DNA of 64,000 nt, taken from NCBI GenBank assembly GCA_024644045.1, contig JAHELT010000001.1, positions 48,209 through 112,208 of the forward strand, in the 5' to 3' direction. Made by a program: the position numbers and the translations under genes. This DNA comes from Chromatiales bacterium. Lineage in GTDB: Bacteria; Pseudomonadota; Gammaproteobacteria; JAHELT01. Positions 1-11,768 of the stretch are shown piece by piece (position 1 is the stretch's first letter; every line of letters begins with the position of its first letter). The notes below the pieces were generated by a model, which worked only from the letters and a program-made list of their open reading frames with translations, made no database searches and was not told the DNA's origin.

Positions 1-208
1 GCTCCCACTCGAACCAGGCGCCTGGATCGCTGCCAGCGTCCGGCTGGCTGCGGTCCATGAGGCGCATCGCCAGGCCCGGCGCTCCGGACTTTCCGATCTC
101 GGTGAGGGTCGACAGGGACTGCGCCCGGCTCGCGACGGCGGGCCACATGAGCATGGCCGCCACCAGCAGCGTACCCGAGAACCGGCGCAGCCGCGCGGCG
201 AGGATCAT
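1..208 (-). CDS. Partial CDS (5' end only; continues beyond window start): putative secreted protein
   Basis: Minus-strand ATG at 208..206 preceded by a GGAGG Shine-Dalgarno 7 nt upstream. Translates to MILAARLRRFSGTLLVAAMLMWPAVASRAQS... (signal-peptide-like) and the reading frame runs off position 1. It is absent from the ORF track because it has no stop. Confidence 0.35.
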   Translation of the reverse strand, partial: MILAARLRRFSGTLLVAAMLMWPAVASRAQSLSTLTEIGKSGAPGLAMRLMDRSQPDAGSDPGAWFEWE

Positions 209-280
209 TCACCGCCTCCGCACCACTGCACTGTGCCGCCCGACGGCAAAGGTCCGGGGTCGCTCTGATTCCGGGGTCGG

Positions 281-625
281 TTACAGCTTCTCGCGAATAC
301 GCGCCGACTTGCCGGTGCGCCCGCGCAGGTAGTAGAGCTTGGCGCGGCGCACCTTGCCACGGCGCTTGACCTGGATATCGGCGAGCAGCGGGCTGTAGGT
401 CTGGAACACGCGCTCGACGCCTTCGCCGTGCGACATCTTGCGCACCGTGAACGACGAGTTCAATCCGCGGTTGCGCTTTGCGATGCATACACCCTCGAAG
501 GCCTGCAGCCGCTCGCGAGTGCCCTCTTTCACTTTTACCTGCACGACGACGGTATCGCCCGGTGAGAAGGCGGGGACCTGCTTACCCATCTGTTCGGCTT
601 CGATTTCGTTTATCAGGTTACTCAT
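281..625 (-). CDS. rplS: 50S ribosomal protein L19
   Basis: 114-aa product [12 protein letters not shown]...[27 protein letters not shown] matches the L19 family. It is last in the rpsP-rimM-trmD-rplS cluster. Confidence 0.95.
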   Translation of the reverse strand: MSNLINEIEAEQMGKQVPAFSPGDTVVVQVKVKEGTRERLQAFEGVCIAKRNRGLNSSFTVRKMSHGEGVERVFQTYSPLLADIQVKRRGKVRRAKLYYLRGRTGKSARIREKL

Positions 626-1388
626 CGCTGTCTCCTGCGCCGGGATTGTCGTCCCCTGGCTGTCGTTTGTACTCTTCCAGCAACCGCACGTCCGCTTCGC
701 TCAACCGCATACCGGCCAGCAGCTCGGGCCGGCGGCGCCAGGTTCTGCCCAGCGCCTGCTGGCGCCGCCACCGCGCGATCGCGGCGTGATCGCCGCTCAG
801 CAGCACCGCCGGCACGCGTCGCGCGGCAAACACCTCGGGCCGCGTGTAGTGCGGATGGTCCAGCAGCGCCCCGCTGAACGAATCCTGTTCGGCGGACCCG
901 GCATCGCCCAGCGCGCCGGGCTGCAGCCGCGCCAGCGCGTCGATGACGACCATCGCCGCGAGCTCCCCACCGCTCAGCACGTAGTCGCCCAGCGACCACT
1001 CTTCGTCGACGCTGGTCTCGATGAACCGCTCGTCGACGCCCTCGTAACGCCCGCACACCAGTATCAGGCCCGCGGCGCGGCTCCGGGCACGCAGCAGGGA
1101 CTGCTCGATCGGCCGTCCCTGCGGGCTCAGGTAAACCACCCTGGCATCCGCCGGCGCACCGGCCCTGGCTGCCGCCACGGCCGCGCTCAGCGGGCCCGCC
1201 TTCAGCACCATGCCCGGACCACCCCCGTAGGCGCGGTCATCGACCGTGCGATGCGCATCGTGCGTGTAATCGCGCGGATTCCACGTGCGCACGTCGAGCA
1301 ATCCTCGGCGTACGGCCCGTCCTGTAACCCCGTGCTCGGTAACCGCCATAAGCAGCTCCGGGATCAGGGTTACCGCATGCACTTCCAC
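618..1388 (-). CDS. trmD: tRNA (guanine37-N1)-methyltransferase
   Basis: The product aligns to E. coli TrmD (GVTGRAV...[15 protein letters not shown]...CGRYEG..DER). I shortened the start from the ORF-track 1439 to the GTG at 1388, which has an AGGAAG RBS 6 nt upstream, lies 10 nt after the rimM stop and matches the TrmD N-terminus. Its end overlaps the rplS start by 8 nt. Confidence 0.9.
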   Translation of the reverse strand: MEVHAVTLIPELLMAVTEHGVTGRAVRRGLLDVRTWNPRDYTHDAHRTVDDRAYGGGPGMVLKAGPLSAAVAAARAGAPADARVVYLSPQGRPIEQSLLRARSRAAGLILVCGRYEGVDERFIETSVDEEWSLGDYVLSGGELAAMVVIDALARLQPGALGDAGSAEQDSFSGALLDHPHYTRPEVFAARRVPAVLLSGDHAAIARWRRQQALGRTWRRRPELLAGMRLSEADVRLLEEYKRQPGDDNPGAGDSDE

Positions 1389-1398
1389 CAGGCGCTTC

Positions 1399-1902
1399 CT
1401 AGAACTCCGGGTCCCAGTCAACCACCAGGCGCCGCGCATCCAGGTCGATGCTTTTGACCACCGGGCCGCGCAGCCACGGGATCAGCCGCTCGCGCCTGTC
1501 ATGTTTCACGACCAGCACATCGTTTGCGCCCGTCTCCAGGAGGTGATCCACGATCCCCAGGTCGTCTCCGCCGGTCGTGGTCACGCGCATCCCTTCCAGA
1601 TCCGCCCACAGCACTGAGTCGTCTGTCGCCGCCGGCAGGGCCTCGCGCGGCACCGCGATTTCGGCCCCGACGTAGCGCGCCGCCTCCAGCGGTTCGCTGC
1701 TGTCCGGCAACAACGCGATCACCGAGCGCCCGTGCTTGCGGCCATCAACGAGATCGACCGGCGCCTGCGTACCGTCAGCGATCAGGATCCACGGCTGGTA
1801 GTCGAGAATGACCTCACGCGGCTCGGTGTAGGAGTGTACCCGTACCCAGCCGCTGATGCCGAAGATGCCCGACACCCGGCCCACGGTGATCAACCTGCCC
1901 AT
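1399..1902 (-). CDS. rimM: Ribosome maturation factor RimM
   Basis: 167-aa product with the RimM N-terminal motif ([15 protein letters not shown]) and a PRC-barrel C-terminus. It sits in the conserved position between rpsP and trmD. Confidence 0.92.
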   Translation of the reverse strand: MGRLITVGRVSGIFGISGWVRVHSYTEPREVILDYQPWILIADGTQAPVDLVDGRKHGRSVIALLPDSSEPLEAARYVGAEIAVPREALPAATDDSVLWADLEGMRVTTTGGDDLGIVDHLLETGANDVLVVKHDRRERLIPWLRGPVVKSIDLDARRLVVDWDPEF

Positions 1903-1929
1903 CAGTGCTACCGACAGGCGGCGATCGGG

Positions 1930-2211
1930 TCATTCGCCCGCAGGTTGCGCTTTCTCGCCCGCCGGTTGCGCTTTACGGTACTCCTTGACCAGCGACGCGA
2001 CCCGGTCGCTCAGGCGCGCGCCGTGTCCCGACCAGTAGTCCACCCGCTCCAGGTCGAGGCGCAGTCGCTCTTCCCGGCCGCTGGCAATCGGGTTGAAAAA
2101 TCCGATCTTCTCGAGGTAGCGCCCGTCGCGGCGATTGCGGTTGTCGGTGACCACCACCTGATAGAAGGGACGCTTTTTGGCCCCGCCCCGGGACAAACGA
2201 ATCGTAACCAT
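1930..2211 (-). CDS. rpsP: 30S ribosomal protein S16, with a short repeat-derived C-terminal extension
   Basis: Core sequence [41 protein letters not shown] is S16. I took the start at the internal ATG (2211) rather than the ORF-track 2361. The C-terminus is ...[14 protein letters not shown]. Confidence 0.92.
   Translation of the reverse strand: MVTIRLSRGGAKKRPFYQVVVTDNRNRRDGRYLEKIGFFNPIASGREERLRLDLERVDYWSGHGARLSDRVASLVKEYRKAQPAGEKAQPAGE
1933..1974. repeat. 2 x 21-nt direct tandem repeat inside the rpsP 3' end
   Basis: ttcgcccgcaggttgcgcttt / ctcgcccgccggttgcgcttt (2 mismatches). It encodes the duplicated AQPAGEK heptad at the S16 C-terminus. Confidence 0.7.
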
Positions 2212-2366
2212 TGTGCTTCCGTCCGCTGAGCCGGCGATTGCGTGACGCGCACAGCGTCCGCTACCCGGCTTGATCCACCGGGCGTGCCCGGCGCTAAACC
2301 GCGCAATTCTACGCGAATCGAGGTAAAAGAAAAGCCACGCGCCCCGGCCCCGGGGCGCCACGCCCG

Positions 2367-3719
2367 TCAGCCCAGCCCGGGGGGCAGCTGGCCGCCCATC
2401 CCGCGCATCATCTTCGCCATCTTGCCCTTGGACATCCGCTTCATCATCTTGCTCATCTGCAGGTGCTGCTTCAGCAGCCGGTTGACGTCCTGCACCTGCA
2501 CCCCGGAGCCGGCCGCGATGCGCCGCTTGCGCGAGCCGTTGATCACGGCCGGGTAGCGGCGCTCCTGCGGCGTCATGGAGTTGATGATCGCGATCATGCG
2601 CGTCGTCTGCCGTTCGTCGAGCTGCGCTTTGGCAGCCGCCGGCAGCGCCGCCCCGCCCGGCAGCTTGTCCAGCAGGCTGGCCATGCCGCCCATGCTCTGC
2701 ATCTGCACAAACTGCTCGCGCAGATCGCTGAGATCGAAACCCTTGCCCTTCTTGAGCTTCCTGGCGAGCTTCTGCGCCTTGTCCTGGTCGACCTTGTGCT
2801 GCACCTCCTCGACCAGGCTCAGCACGTCACCCATGCCCAGGATGCGGGACGCCAGCCGTTCCGGGTGAAACGGCTCAAGCGCCTCGAGCTTCTCACCCAC
2901 CCCGAGAAACTTGATCGGTTTACCGGTTATATGCCGCACGGACAGCGCCGCGCCGCCCCGCGCATCGCCGTCGGTCTTGGTCAGAATAACGCCGCTGAGC
3001 GCTAATGCGTCGTCGAACGCCTTGGCCGTGTTGGCCGCGTCCTGCCCGGTCATGCTGTCTACCACGAACAGGGTTTCCACCGGGTCGACCGCTTTGTCGA
3101 TTGCGGCGATCTCGTCCATCATCTGTGCATCGACGTGCAGCCGCCCGGCGGTGTCCAGAATCAGCACGTCGCAGTGGCGCTTACGTGCATGCGCCAGCGC
3201 TTCGCCGGCGATGCGCACCGGGTCGTTGCCGGCCGTTTCGAAGAACTGAGCATCCACCTGCCCGGCGAGGATGCGCAGCTGCTCGATGGCCGCCGGACGG
3301 TACACGTCACAACTTGCCAGCAACACGCTCTTCTTCTCGCGCTCCTGCAGCAGGCGCGCGAGCTTGGCGGCGGTGGTGGTCTTGCCGGCGCCCTGCAGCC
3401 CGGCCATCAGCACCACGGCAGGCGGCTGGGCGGCGAGGTTGAGGCGCTCGTTCTCCTGGCCCATTGCCTCGACCAGGGCGTCGTGGACGATCTTGATTAG
3501 CGCCTGGCCGGGCGACAGGCTCTTCAACACCTCCTGCCCGAGCGCCCGTTCGCGCACCTTGTCGATGAACGCCTTGACCACCGGGAGCGCGACGTCGGCC
3601 TCCAGCAGCGCCAGGCGCACTTCGCGCAGCGCCTCGCGGATGTTGTCCTCGGTGAGCCGCCCCTGCCCGCGCAGCCGTGCCAGCGTTCCGTCCAGGCGTT
3701 GTGTCAGGTTCTCGAACAT
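2367..3719 (-). CDS. ffh: Signal recognition particle protein Ffh
   Basis: 450-aa product with an SRP54 N domain, GTPase motifs ([25 protein letters not shown]) and a Met-rich M domain at the C-terminus. Confidence 0.97.
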   Translation of the reverse strand: MFENLTQRLDGTLARLRGQGRLTEDNIREALREVRLALLEADVALPVVKAFIDKVRERALGQEVLKSLSPGQALIKIVHDALVEAMGQENERLNLAAQPPAVVLMAGLQGAGKTTTAAKLARLLQEREKKSVLLASCDVYRPAAIEQLRILAGQVDAQFFETAGNDPVRIAGEALAHARKRHCDVLILDTAGRLHVDAQMMDEIAAIDKAVDPVETLFVVDSMTGQDAANTAKAFDDALALSGVILTKTDGDARGGAALSVRHITGKPIKFLGVGEKLEALEPFHPERLASRILGMGDVLSLVEEVQHKVDQDKAQKLARKLKKGKGFDLSDLREQFVQMQSMGGMASLLDKLPGGAALPAAAKAQLDERQTTRMIAIINSMTPQERRYPAVINGSRKRRIAAGSGVQVQDVNRLLKQHLQMSKMMKRMSKGKMAKMMRGMGGQLPPGLG

Positions 3720-3723
3720 GTAC

Positions 3724-4488
3724 CTATACCGTGTAAGTCTGATCAGCGCGCAGTGCGCGCAGCTTGCGCCCGGGCATCAGTGCCGCCAGCTCTGCGAACG
3801 TCTCCTGCTCGCTGCCGGGCTTGAAATGCGAGATGCCGATTACCGGATCGTGCTGCAATTTTTGCAGATCGCCGGCCAGCGTGCTCGGGCAGTAGTGCTT
3901 GGAGGCGCGCGCCAGCGGGCCCTCCCGGTCCGGAAAGGCACACTCCACGAACAGCAGGTCCAGGCGCGGCAGCCGGTTCAGGGCAGCCCATAGTGCGTCG
4001 GTGCTCGTGGTGTCGCCGGTGAAGCAGAAGTTGCCGCTGCGGGTTTCGATGATGTACGCCCAGCAAGGCACCACGTGGTTCACCTCGACCATACTGATGC
4101 GGTGATCACCGAGCTCGAAATGCCCCCCGGCAGGGCTGTCCACGAAACGCGTCACCGGACGCGCCGGGTCCGGAAGCTGCGAGAAATCGGGCCACACCCG
4201 CCAGTTGAATATGTGCTCGCGCAGGGTGCGCAGCACGGCCTCACTGGCACGCACTTCCAGCGGCGCTTCGCGGCTGCCGAACACGGTGTCCAGCAGCAGC
4301 GGCAGCGCGGCAATGTGATCCATGTGCGAGTGCGTCAGCAGCACGTGCTGCAGCGTGCGCATTTCCTCGAGCGTCAGGCGGGCCGCGCCGGTACCGGCAT
4401 CGAGCAGCAGCCAGTCGTCCAGCAGGAATGACGTCGTGTGCCGCTCGCCGCCGATTCCGCCGCTGCATCCCAGAACCCGCACCTGCAC
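3724..4488 (-). CDS. Class-II 3',5'-cyclic-nucleotide phosphodiesterase (MBL-fold, CpdP/PDE1 family)
   Basis: 254-aa product. N-terminus VLGCSGGIGG and an HSHMDH metal-binding motif followed by IAALPLL fit the PDEase_II signature. It has a GTG start with GGAG 9 nt upstream. No signal peptide. Its stop is 4 nt from the ffh ATG. Confidence 0.7.
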   Translation of the reverse strand: MQVRVLGCSGGIGGERHTTSFLLDDWLLLDAGTGAARLTLEEMRTLQHVLLTHSHMDHIAALPLLLDTVFGSREAPLEVRASEAVLRTLREHIFNWRVWPDFSQLPDPARPVTRFVDSPAGGHFELGDHRISMVEVNHVVPCWAYIIETRSGNFCFTGDTTSTDALWAALNRLPRLDLLFVECAFPDREGPLARASKHYCPSTLAGDLQKLQHDPVIGISHFKPGSEQETFAELAALMPGRKLRALRADQTYTV

Positions 4489-4671
4489 CGTCAGCGGCTC
4501 CGGAGCGGACGCTCAAAGCTCGAGGTGACGATCAGGAGTACCGGGTAGGTCATTTTGATGGCAGGCGAGGCGATCGACGAGATGGGGGGAAATGCTACCA
4601 CGCGAGCGCTGCTGCCCTCTACCAGGGGCGTCTTTCAAGCACGCCGCGGTGTGTGTCATGATGAATTGCCG

Positions 4672-5484
4672 ATGCTCGCTACCGCCGCCCAATTCGTTGT
4701 CGCCCTGCTGTACGCCGTCTCCGCCGTGCTTCTGGCCGGCGAGTTGTGGCGTGCAGCGGCGTACTCGCGGGCCGGTAAATGGCGGCGGCTGGCGCCTGCG
4801 GTGCTCGGCTCGGCGGTGCACGGCGCGCTGCTGATCGCGCTGACGACCGAGTCCGGCAGCTTCGACGTGAGCTTCTACAACGTGCTGTCGGCGGCCTCGT
4901 TCGCCATCGTGCTGCTGCTGCTGGTACTGGCCGCATTCAAGCCCGTCGAAATGCTCGGCATCGGTCTGCTGCCGATCGCCGCGCTGACCACCGTCGCGGG
5001 CGAATTGCTGGGCGGTACCAGCGCCAGCCTCCCGGTACGCGGCGAGCTGCAGTTTCACGTGATCAGCTCGCTGCTCGCCTACGGTGTGCTGAGCGTCGGC
5101 GCCATGCAGGCGATTCTGGTCGGCGTGCAGGCCCACCTCCTGCGCACCCACCAGCCCGGCGGTTTCGTGCGCGCGCTGCCGCCGCTGAACCGGATGGAGG
5201 CGCTGCTTTTCCAGCTGCTGGGGCTCGGCTTCGCGCTGCTCTCCATCGGACTGCTGAGCGGATTCGTGTACCTGCAAGACATGTTCGCTCAGCACCTCGT
5301 GCACAAGACCATACTGTCCCTCGCGGCCTGGGCGGTGTTCGGCGTTCTGCTGCTCGGGCGCTACGCGTGGGGCTGGCGCGGGCTGCGCGCGGTGCGCTGG
5401 ACGCTCGCCGGCCTGGCGTTTCTGTTGCTGGCGTTCTTCGGCAGCAAGTTCGTGCTCGAACTCCTGCTGCAGCGAAGTGGGTAG
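4672..5484 (+). CDS. ypjD: Inner membrane protein YpjD (CcsA/cytochrome-c-assembly-like family)
   Basis: Polytopic membrane protein divergent from ffh, as in E. coli. I took the start at the internal Met (MLATAAQFVV...) to give the typical ~270 aa. Confidence 0.8.
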   Translation: MLATAAQFVVALLYAVSAVLLAGELWRAAAYSRAGKWRRLAPAVLGSAVHGALLIALTTESGSFDVSFYNVLSAASFAIVLLLLVLAAFKPVEMLGIGLLPIAALTTVAGELLGGTSASLPVRGELQFHVISSLLAYGVLSVGAMQAILVGVQAHLLRTHQPGGFVRALPPLNRMEALLFQLLGLGFALLSIGLLSGFVYLQDMFAQHLVHKTILSLAAWAVFGVLLLGRYAWGWRGLRAVRWTLAGLAFLLLAFFGSKFVLELLLQRSG

Positions 5485-5678
5485 CCGCCGGCGCGTTGCA
5501 GCGCGCCGCCCGAAGGCCTCGTCGCGCTGCGCCGGAACAGCGGCCCACACTTGACACCGAATAACCCACGGGCTAGTTACTCATGATCGTGAAATCGGAC
5601 CGTTATCCCACGCTACACCGGGCGCCAGCCGGCGCCGCGACCCGACCAGCCTCGGCAACCCGGGCGGGCTGACCCCAT

Positions 5679-6992
5679 TTGAGCGAAATCCCGCTAAGCG
5701 CGCTGGGCGGCGTGCTGTTTGTCTTGATCTTGCTTTCGGCCTTTTTCTCCGGGTCGGAAACCGCGCTCATGGCGTTGAACCGCTACCGTCTGCGCCACCT
5801 CGCCAAGACCGGTCATCGGGGCGCAATCCTCTCCGCACGTTTGCTCGACCGCCCGGACCGGCTGATCGGGCTGATCCTGCTGGGCAACAACGCCGTCAAC
5901 CTGTCCGCTTCCGCGCTGGCCACGGTGATCGCGCTGCGCGTCTACGGAAACGCGGGCATCGCGATCGCCACCGCGTTGCTGGTGCTGGTAGTGCTGATCT
6001 TTGCCGAGGTTGCACCGAAAACGCTGGCCGCGCGCCACCCCGAGCGAATCGCGTTCCCGGCCGCATTCGTCTACACGCCGCTGCTCAAGGTGCTCTACCC
6101 GCTCGTCTGGGTAGTCAACGTGCTGGGGCATGTGGTGCTGCGGCTGCTCGGCCAGGGCGGCGTGCGCGGCCCCACCGACACCCTGGAGCCGGAGGAACTC
6201 CGTACCCTGGTCAACGAAACGGGGGTGCTGATCCCCAAGCGCCACCAACGCATGCTGGTCAACATCCTGGATCTCGAAAAGATCACGGTCAACGACATCA
6301 TGGTGCCGCGTAACGAAATCGACGGCATCGACCTGGACGACGACTGGGAGGATATCGTCGAGCAGATCGGCAGCAGTGCACATGGCCGCATTCCGGTTTT
6401 CCGCGACGATATCGGCAACGTCGTCGGCATGTTGCATCTGCGCCGCCTGGTCGCCACTGCCCTGCGCGGCGACTTGCGCCCGGAGACCCTGGAGGCGCAT
6501 ATCACCGAGCCGTACTTCATCCCCGAAGGCACCTCGTTGACGCGCCAGCTGCTCAATTTCCAGCAGCACAAGCAGCGCATCGGTCTGGTCGTTGACGAGT
6601 ACGGCGACATTCTCGGGCTGGCGGCACTCGAAGACATCCTGGAAGAGATCGTCGGCGAGTTCACGACCGTTCGCATCACCACCTCGCGCGACATCCGCCC
6701 GCAGGACGACGGGACCTACATCGTCGACGGCGGCACTCAGGTGCGCGAGCTGAACCGCGCTTTCACCTGGAACCTGCCGACCAGCGGACCGCGTACCCTG
6801 AACGGCCTGATTCTCGAGCACCTGGAGATCATTCCGGAATCCGGCACGACCTTCCTGCTGCAGAACCACCCGGTGGAAATCCTGCAGACCAAGGGCAACG
6901 TGGTGAAATCGGTGCGCATTCACCCGGCCGTTCGCCCGCGTCCCGGGCATACTGCGCAGGTGGCGGAAGACCGCTCGGAAAGCGCCGACTGA
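5679..6992 (+). CDS. HlyC/CorC (CNNM) family transporter, YfjD-like (DUF21 + CBS pair + CorC_HlyC)
   Basis: 437-aa product. The N-terminal DUF21 membrane domain (FFSGSETALMALNRYRL), CBS region and C-terminal transporter-associated domain match E. coli YfjD, which follows ypjD. Confidence 0.9.
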   Translation: MSEIPLSALGGVLFVLILLSAFFSGSETALMALNRYRLRHLAKTGHRGAILSARLLDRPDRLIGLILLGNNAVNLSASALATVIALRVYGNAGIAIATALLVLVVLIFAEVAPKTLAARHPERIAFPAAFVYTPLLKVLYPLVWVVNVLGHVVLRLLGQGGVRGPTDTLEPEELRTLVNETGVLIPKRHQRMLVNILDLEKITVNDIMVPRNEIDGIDLDDDWEDIVEQIGSSAHGRIPVFRDDIGNVVGMLHLRRLVATALRGDLRPETLEAHITEPYFIPEGTSLTRQLLNFQQHKQRIGLVVDEYGDILGLAALEDILEEIVGEFTTVRITTSRDIRPQDDGTYIVDGGTQVRELNRAFTWNLPTSGPRTLNGLILEHLEIIPESGTTFLLQNHPVEILQTKGNVVKSVRIHPAVRPRPGHTAQVAEDRSESAD

Positions 6993-6994
6993 AC

Positions 6995-8335
6995 GTGAAG
7001 CAGAAAACCGGCTACCAGTGCACCGAGTGCGGGGCGAGCGCCGCTAAATGGAGCGGTCAGTGCGCGGACTGCGGCGCCTGGAACACGTTGCAGGAAACGC
7101 TGCTGAGCAGGCGCGAGACGCGCGCAGCGAGACCGGCGCGCGCCGCCATCGAGGTGGCCGCCGACGTCGCGATGGCCAGCGAGCCGCGCACCGCCACGGG
7201 CATCTCCGAGCTCGACCGGGTGCTCGGCGGGGGCCTGGTGACCGGCTCGGTGGTGCTGCTGGGCGGCGACCCCGGCATCGGCAAATCGACCCTGCTGCTC
7301 CAGACGCTCGCCTCGCTCGCCGCCAGCCTGAAGACGCTGTACCTCACCGGCGAGGAGTCGTTACAGCAGGTCACGCTGCGCGCGGCCCGGCTGGAGCTCC
7401 CGGTCGAGCGACTGCGCCTGCTGAGCGAGACCTGCGTCGAGCAGATCCTCGAGACCTGCCGTGCCGACCGTCCTCAGGCGCTGGTCATCGATTCGATCCA
7501 GACGCTGTACTCGGAGAGTCTGCAGTCGGCGCCAGGTTCGGTGAGCCAGGTGCGCGAATGCGCCGCGCAGCTGGTACGCTTCGCCAAGCAAAGCCATACG
7601 GCGCTGTTTCTGGTTGGCCACGTGACCAAGGAAGGGACCCTCGCGGGCCCGCGGGTGCTGGAGCATATGGTCGACACGGTGCTGTACTTCGAGGGCGATC
7701 CGGGCAGCCGGTTTCGCGTCATCCGGGCCGTCAAGAACCGCTTCGGCACGGTCAACGAGCTCGGCGTGTTCGCCATGGGGGAGCGCGGGCTGCAGGAAGT
7801 CAGCAACCCCTCCGCGTTGTTTCTGTCGCAGCATTCGCAGCCGGTTTCAGGCAGCGCGATCATGGTGACCCGGCACGGCACCCGCCCGCTGCTGGTGGAG
7901 GCGCAGGCGCTGGTCGACGGGAGCCATCTGGGCAATCCGCGCCGCGTTACACTCGGGCTCGAGCAGAACCGACTGTCCATGCTGCTAGCCGTGCTGCACC
8001 GCCACGCGGGCATCGCGATGTATGACCAGGACGTGTTCGTCAACGTCGTCGGCGGCGTGCGCATCAGCGAAACGGCCGCCGATCTTGCGGTGCTCTGCGC
8101 CGTGTACTCGTCGTTCCGCGACCAGCCGCTGCGGGGGCAGACGGCGATATTCGGCGAAGTGGGCCTGGCCGGTGAAATCCGGCCGGTGCCGTTCGGCCGG
8201 GAGCGTCTGGCGGAAGCGCGCAAGCACGGCTTCACCCGGGCGATCCTGCCCATTGCAAACGCGCCGCGCAAAGCCCCGTCGGATGTCGAGATCCTCGCCG
8301 CCGAGCGCCTCGGCGACGTCATCGAAGCGCTGTAG
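6995..8335 (+). CDS. radA: DNA repair protein RadA (Sms)
   Basis: N-terminal C4 zinc finger (CTECGASAAKWSGQCADCGAW), RecA-like Walker A (GDPGIGKSTLLLQ) and a Lon-protease-like C-terminal domain. Confidence 0.96.
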   Translation: MKQKTGYQCTECGASAAKWSGQCADCGAWNTLQETLLSRRETRAARPARAAIEVAADVAMASEPRTATGISELDRVLGGGLVTGSVVLLGGDPGIGKSTLLLQTLASLAASLKTLYLTGEESLQQVTLRAARLELPVERLRLLSETCVEQILETCRADRPQALVIDSIQTLYSESLQSAPGSVSQVRECAAQLVRFAKQSHTALFLVGHVTKEGTLAGPRVLEHMVDTVLYFEGDPGSRFRVIRAVKNRFGTVNELGVFAMGERGLQEVSNPSALFLSQHSQPVSGSAIMVTRHGTRPLLVEAQALVDGSHLGNPRRVTLGLEQNRLSMLLAVLHRHAGIAMYDQDVFVNVVGGVRISETAADLAVLCAVYSSFRDQPLRGQTAIFGEVGLAGEIRPVPFGRERLAEARKHGFTRAILPIANAPRKAPSDVEILAAERLGDVIEAL

Positions 8336-8435
8336 GCGCGATTGCCGGCAGCGTTCGCAGTCGTTACCCTAGCGCTACGCCTGCACGGCGGCCCGCGCGA
8401 GGCGCGGACCGCTTCTGCAGATTCCCACTTACGGC

Positions 8436-8705
8436 ATGGCGATGACAAACAAAGATGACGGCAACGACAGCGCCCAACCTCCGGCGTTCGAAACGGCGCT
8501 GGCGGAACTGGAACGGCTGGTCGAGCAGATGGAACGCGGCGACGTGAGCCTCGAGGAATCGTTGCGTCTGTTCGAGCGCGGCGTCGAGCTCGCCCGCCAC
8601 TGCCAGACCGCGCTGCGCGACGCCGAAACCAAAATCCAGACGTTGATCGAGAAGAACGGCCAGCAGGTGCTGGAGGACTTCGCGGGCAACGACGAGCAGG
8701 GTTGA
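8436..8705 (+). CDS. xseB: Exodeoxyribonuclease VII small subunit
   Basis: 89-aa product containing FETALAELERLVEQMERGDVSLEESLRLFERGVELARHCQ. This is the first gene of the conserved xseB-ispA-dxs operon. Confidence 0.93.
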   Translation: MAMTNKDDGNDSAQPPAFETALAELERLVEQMERGDVSLEESLRLFERGVELARHCQTALRDAETKIQTLIEKNGQQVLEDFAGNDEQG

Positions 8706-8711
8706 ACGCCG

Positions 8712-9695
8712 GTGAGCGAGGGTAGCGGTATCCGGGCAGCCTTCCCCGGTGAGACGAACCGCACCGCGTTGAAACAATCCGGCCGCCTGTCGGCCTCCGA
8801 GAGCCTTGCGCTGCAGGAACGTCTGGCGCGTTACCGCGGGCGCGTGGACGCCGAGCTCGAGCGGTGGCTGCCGGGCGTCGACGAAGAGCCTGTGCGGCTG
8901 CATGAAGCAATGCACTACGCGGTGATGGGAGGCGGCAAGCGCATTCGCCCGGTGCTGATCTACGCGACCGGCGCAGCCCTCGACGTGGACTTGACGAGCC
9001 TCGACGGCCCGGCCGTCGCGGTCGAGTTGATGCACGCCTATTCCCTGGTGCACGACGATTTGCCGGCCATGGACGATGACGATCTGCGCCGCGGCAAGCC
9101 GACCTGCCACAAGCGCTTCGACGAGGCGACCGCGATCCTCGCGGGCGACGCGCTGCAGGCACTGGCCTATCAGGTACTGTCGCAGCACCCGGCGATCTCG
9201 GCGAACCACACCGTGTGTGCGCGCATGATCGCCACGCTGGCGCACGCCAGCGGCTCCGAGGGCATGGCCGGCGGTCAGGCGATAGACCTGGACGCAGTCG
9301 GCAAAGCGCTCGACCTCCAGGCGCTGGAGAACATGCACCGCCGCAAGACCGGTGCGCTGTTTCGCGCCTGCGTCGCATTTGCCGCCTACGCGGGTGGCAA
9401 CTCGAACGACGTCCTGCAGGACCGCCTCGACCGCTACGCCGCGGCCGTCGGCCTGGCGTTCCAGATTGCCGACGACATCCTGGACGTGGTCGGAGACACC
9501 GAGACGCTGGGAAAGGTCTCGGGCGCCGATCAGGTTCGCAACAAGCCCACGTACCCGTCGATCCTGGGCCTCGAGGGTGCCCGGCGCCACGCCCTCGAGA
9601 TGCACGGGCAGGCGCTTCAGGCGCTGCAGGGACTGGGCGCCGAATTCGATATTCTTCGTCAGCTTTCCGCCTACATCGTGCACCGGGAAAGTTAG
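8712..9695 (+). CDS. ispA: (2E,6E)-farnesyl diphosphate synthase / polyprenyl synthetase
   Basis: Both Asp-rich motifs are present (LVHDDLPAMDDDDLRRGKPT and FQIADDILD). It begins 7 nt after xseB. Confidence 0.93.
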   Translation: MSEGSGIRAAFPGETNRTALKQSGRLSASESLALQERLARYRGRVDAELERWLPGVDEEPVRLHEAMHYAVMGGGKRIRPVLIYATGAALDVDLTSLDGPAVAVELMHAYSLVHDDLPAMDDDDLRRGKPTCHKRFDEATAILAGDALQALAYQVLSQHPAISANHTVCARMIATLAHASGSEGMAGGQAIDLDAVGKALDLQALENMHRRKTGALFRACVAFAAYAGGNSNDVLQDRLDRYAAAVGLAFQIADDILDVVGDTETLGKVSGADQVRNKPTYPSILGLEGARRHALEMHGQALQALQGLGAEFDILRQLSAYIVHRES

Positions 9696-9826
9696 ATCCT
9701 CCGGGCAGACTCGGTGTCTGTTGCGTGCGTTGAGCCGCTTCGATACTCTGATAGCGCGTTCCGGCGTTGCCCGGAGTGCGAAGCAGTGCAGGAACAGGAC
9801 GCGGACGGTTGCCGACACCAGTAACG

Positions 9827-11734
<1,908 letters not shown>

Positions 11735-11768
11735 CGCCCCCGATCCAATCGACCTGCCGCGTCCGGCC

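Noticed and set aside
438-1457. 339-aa plus-strand ORF (and 622..1056 minus, 478..789 plus) overlapping trmD
   Set aside because: These are antisense or alternative-frame shadow ORFs typical of high-GC DNA. They are Arg/Pro/Ala-rich with no domain signal, and the region is fully explained by trmD.
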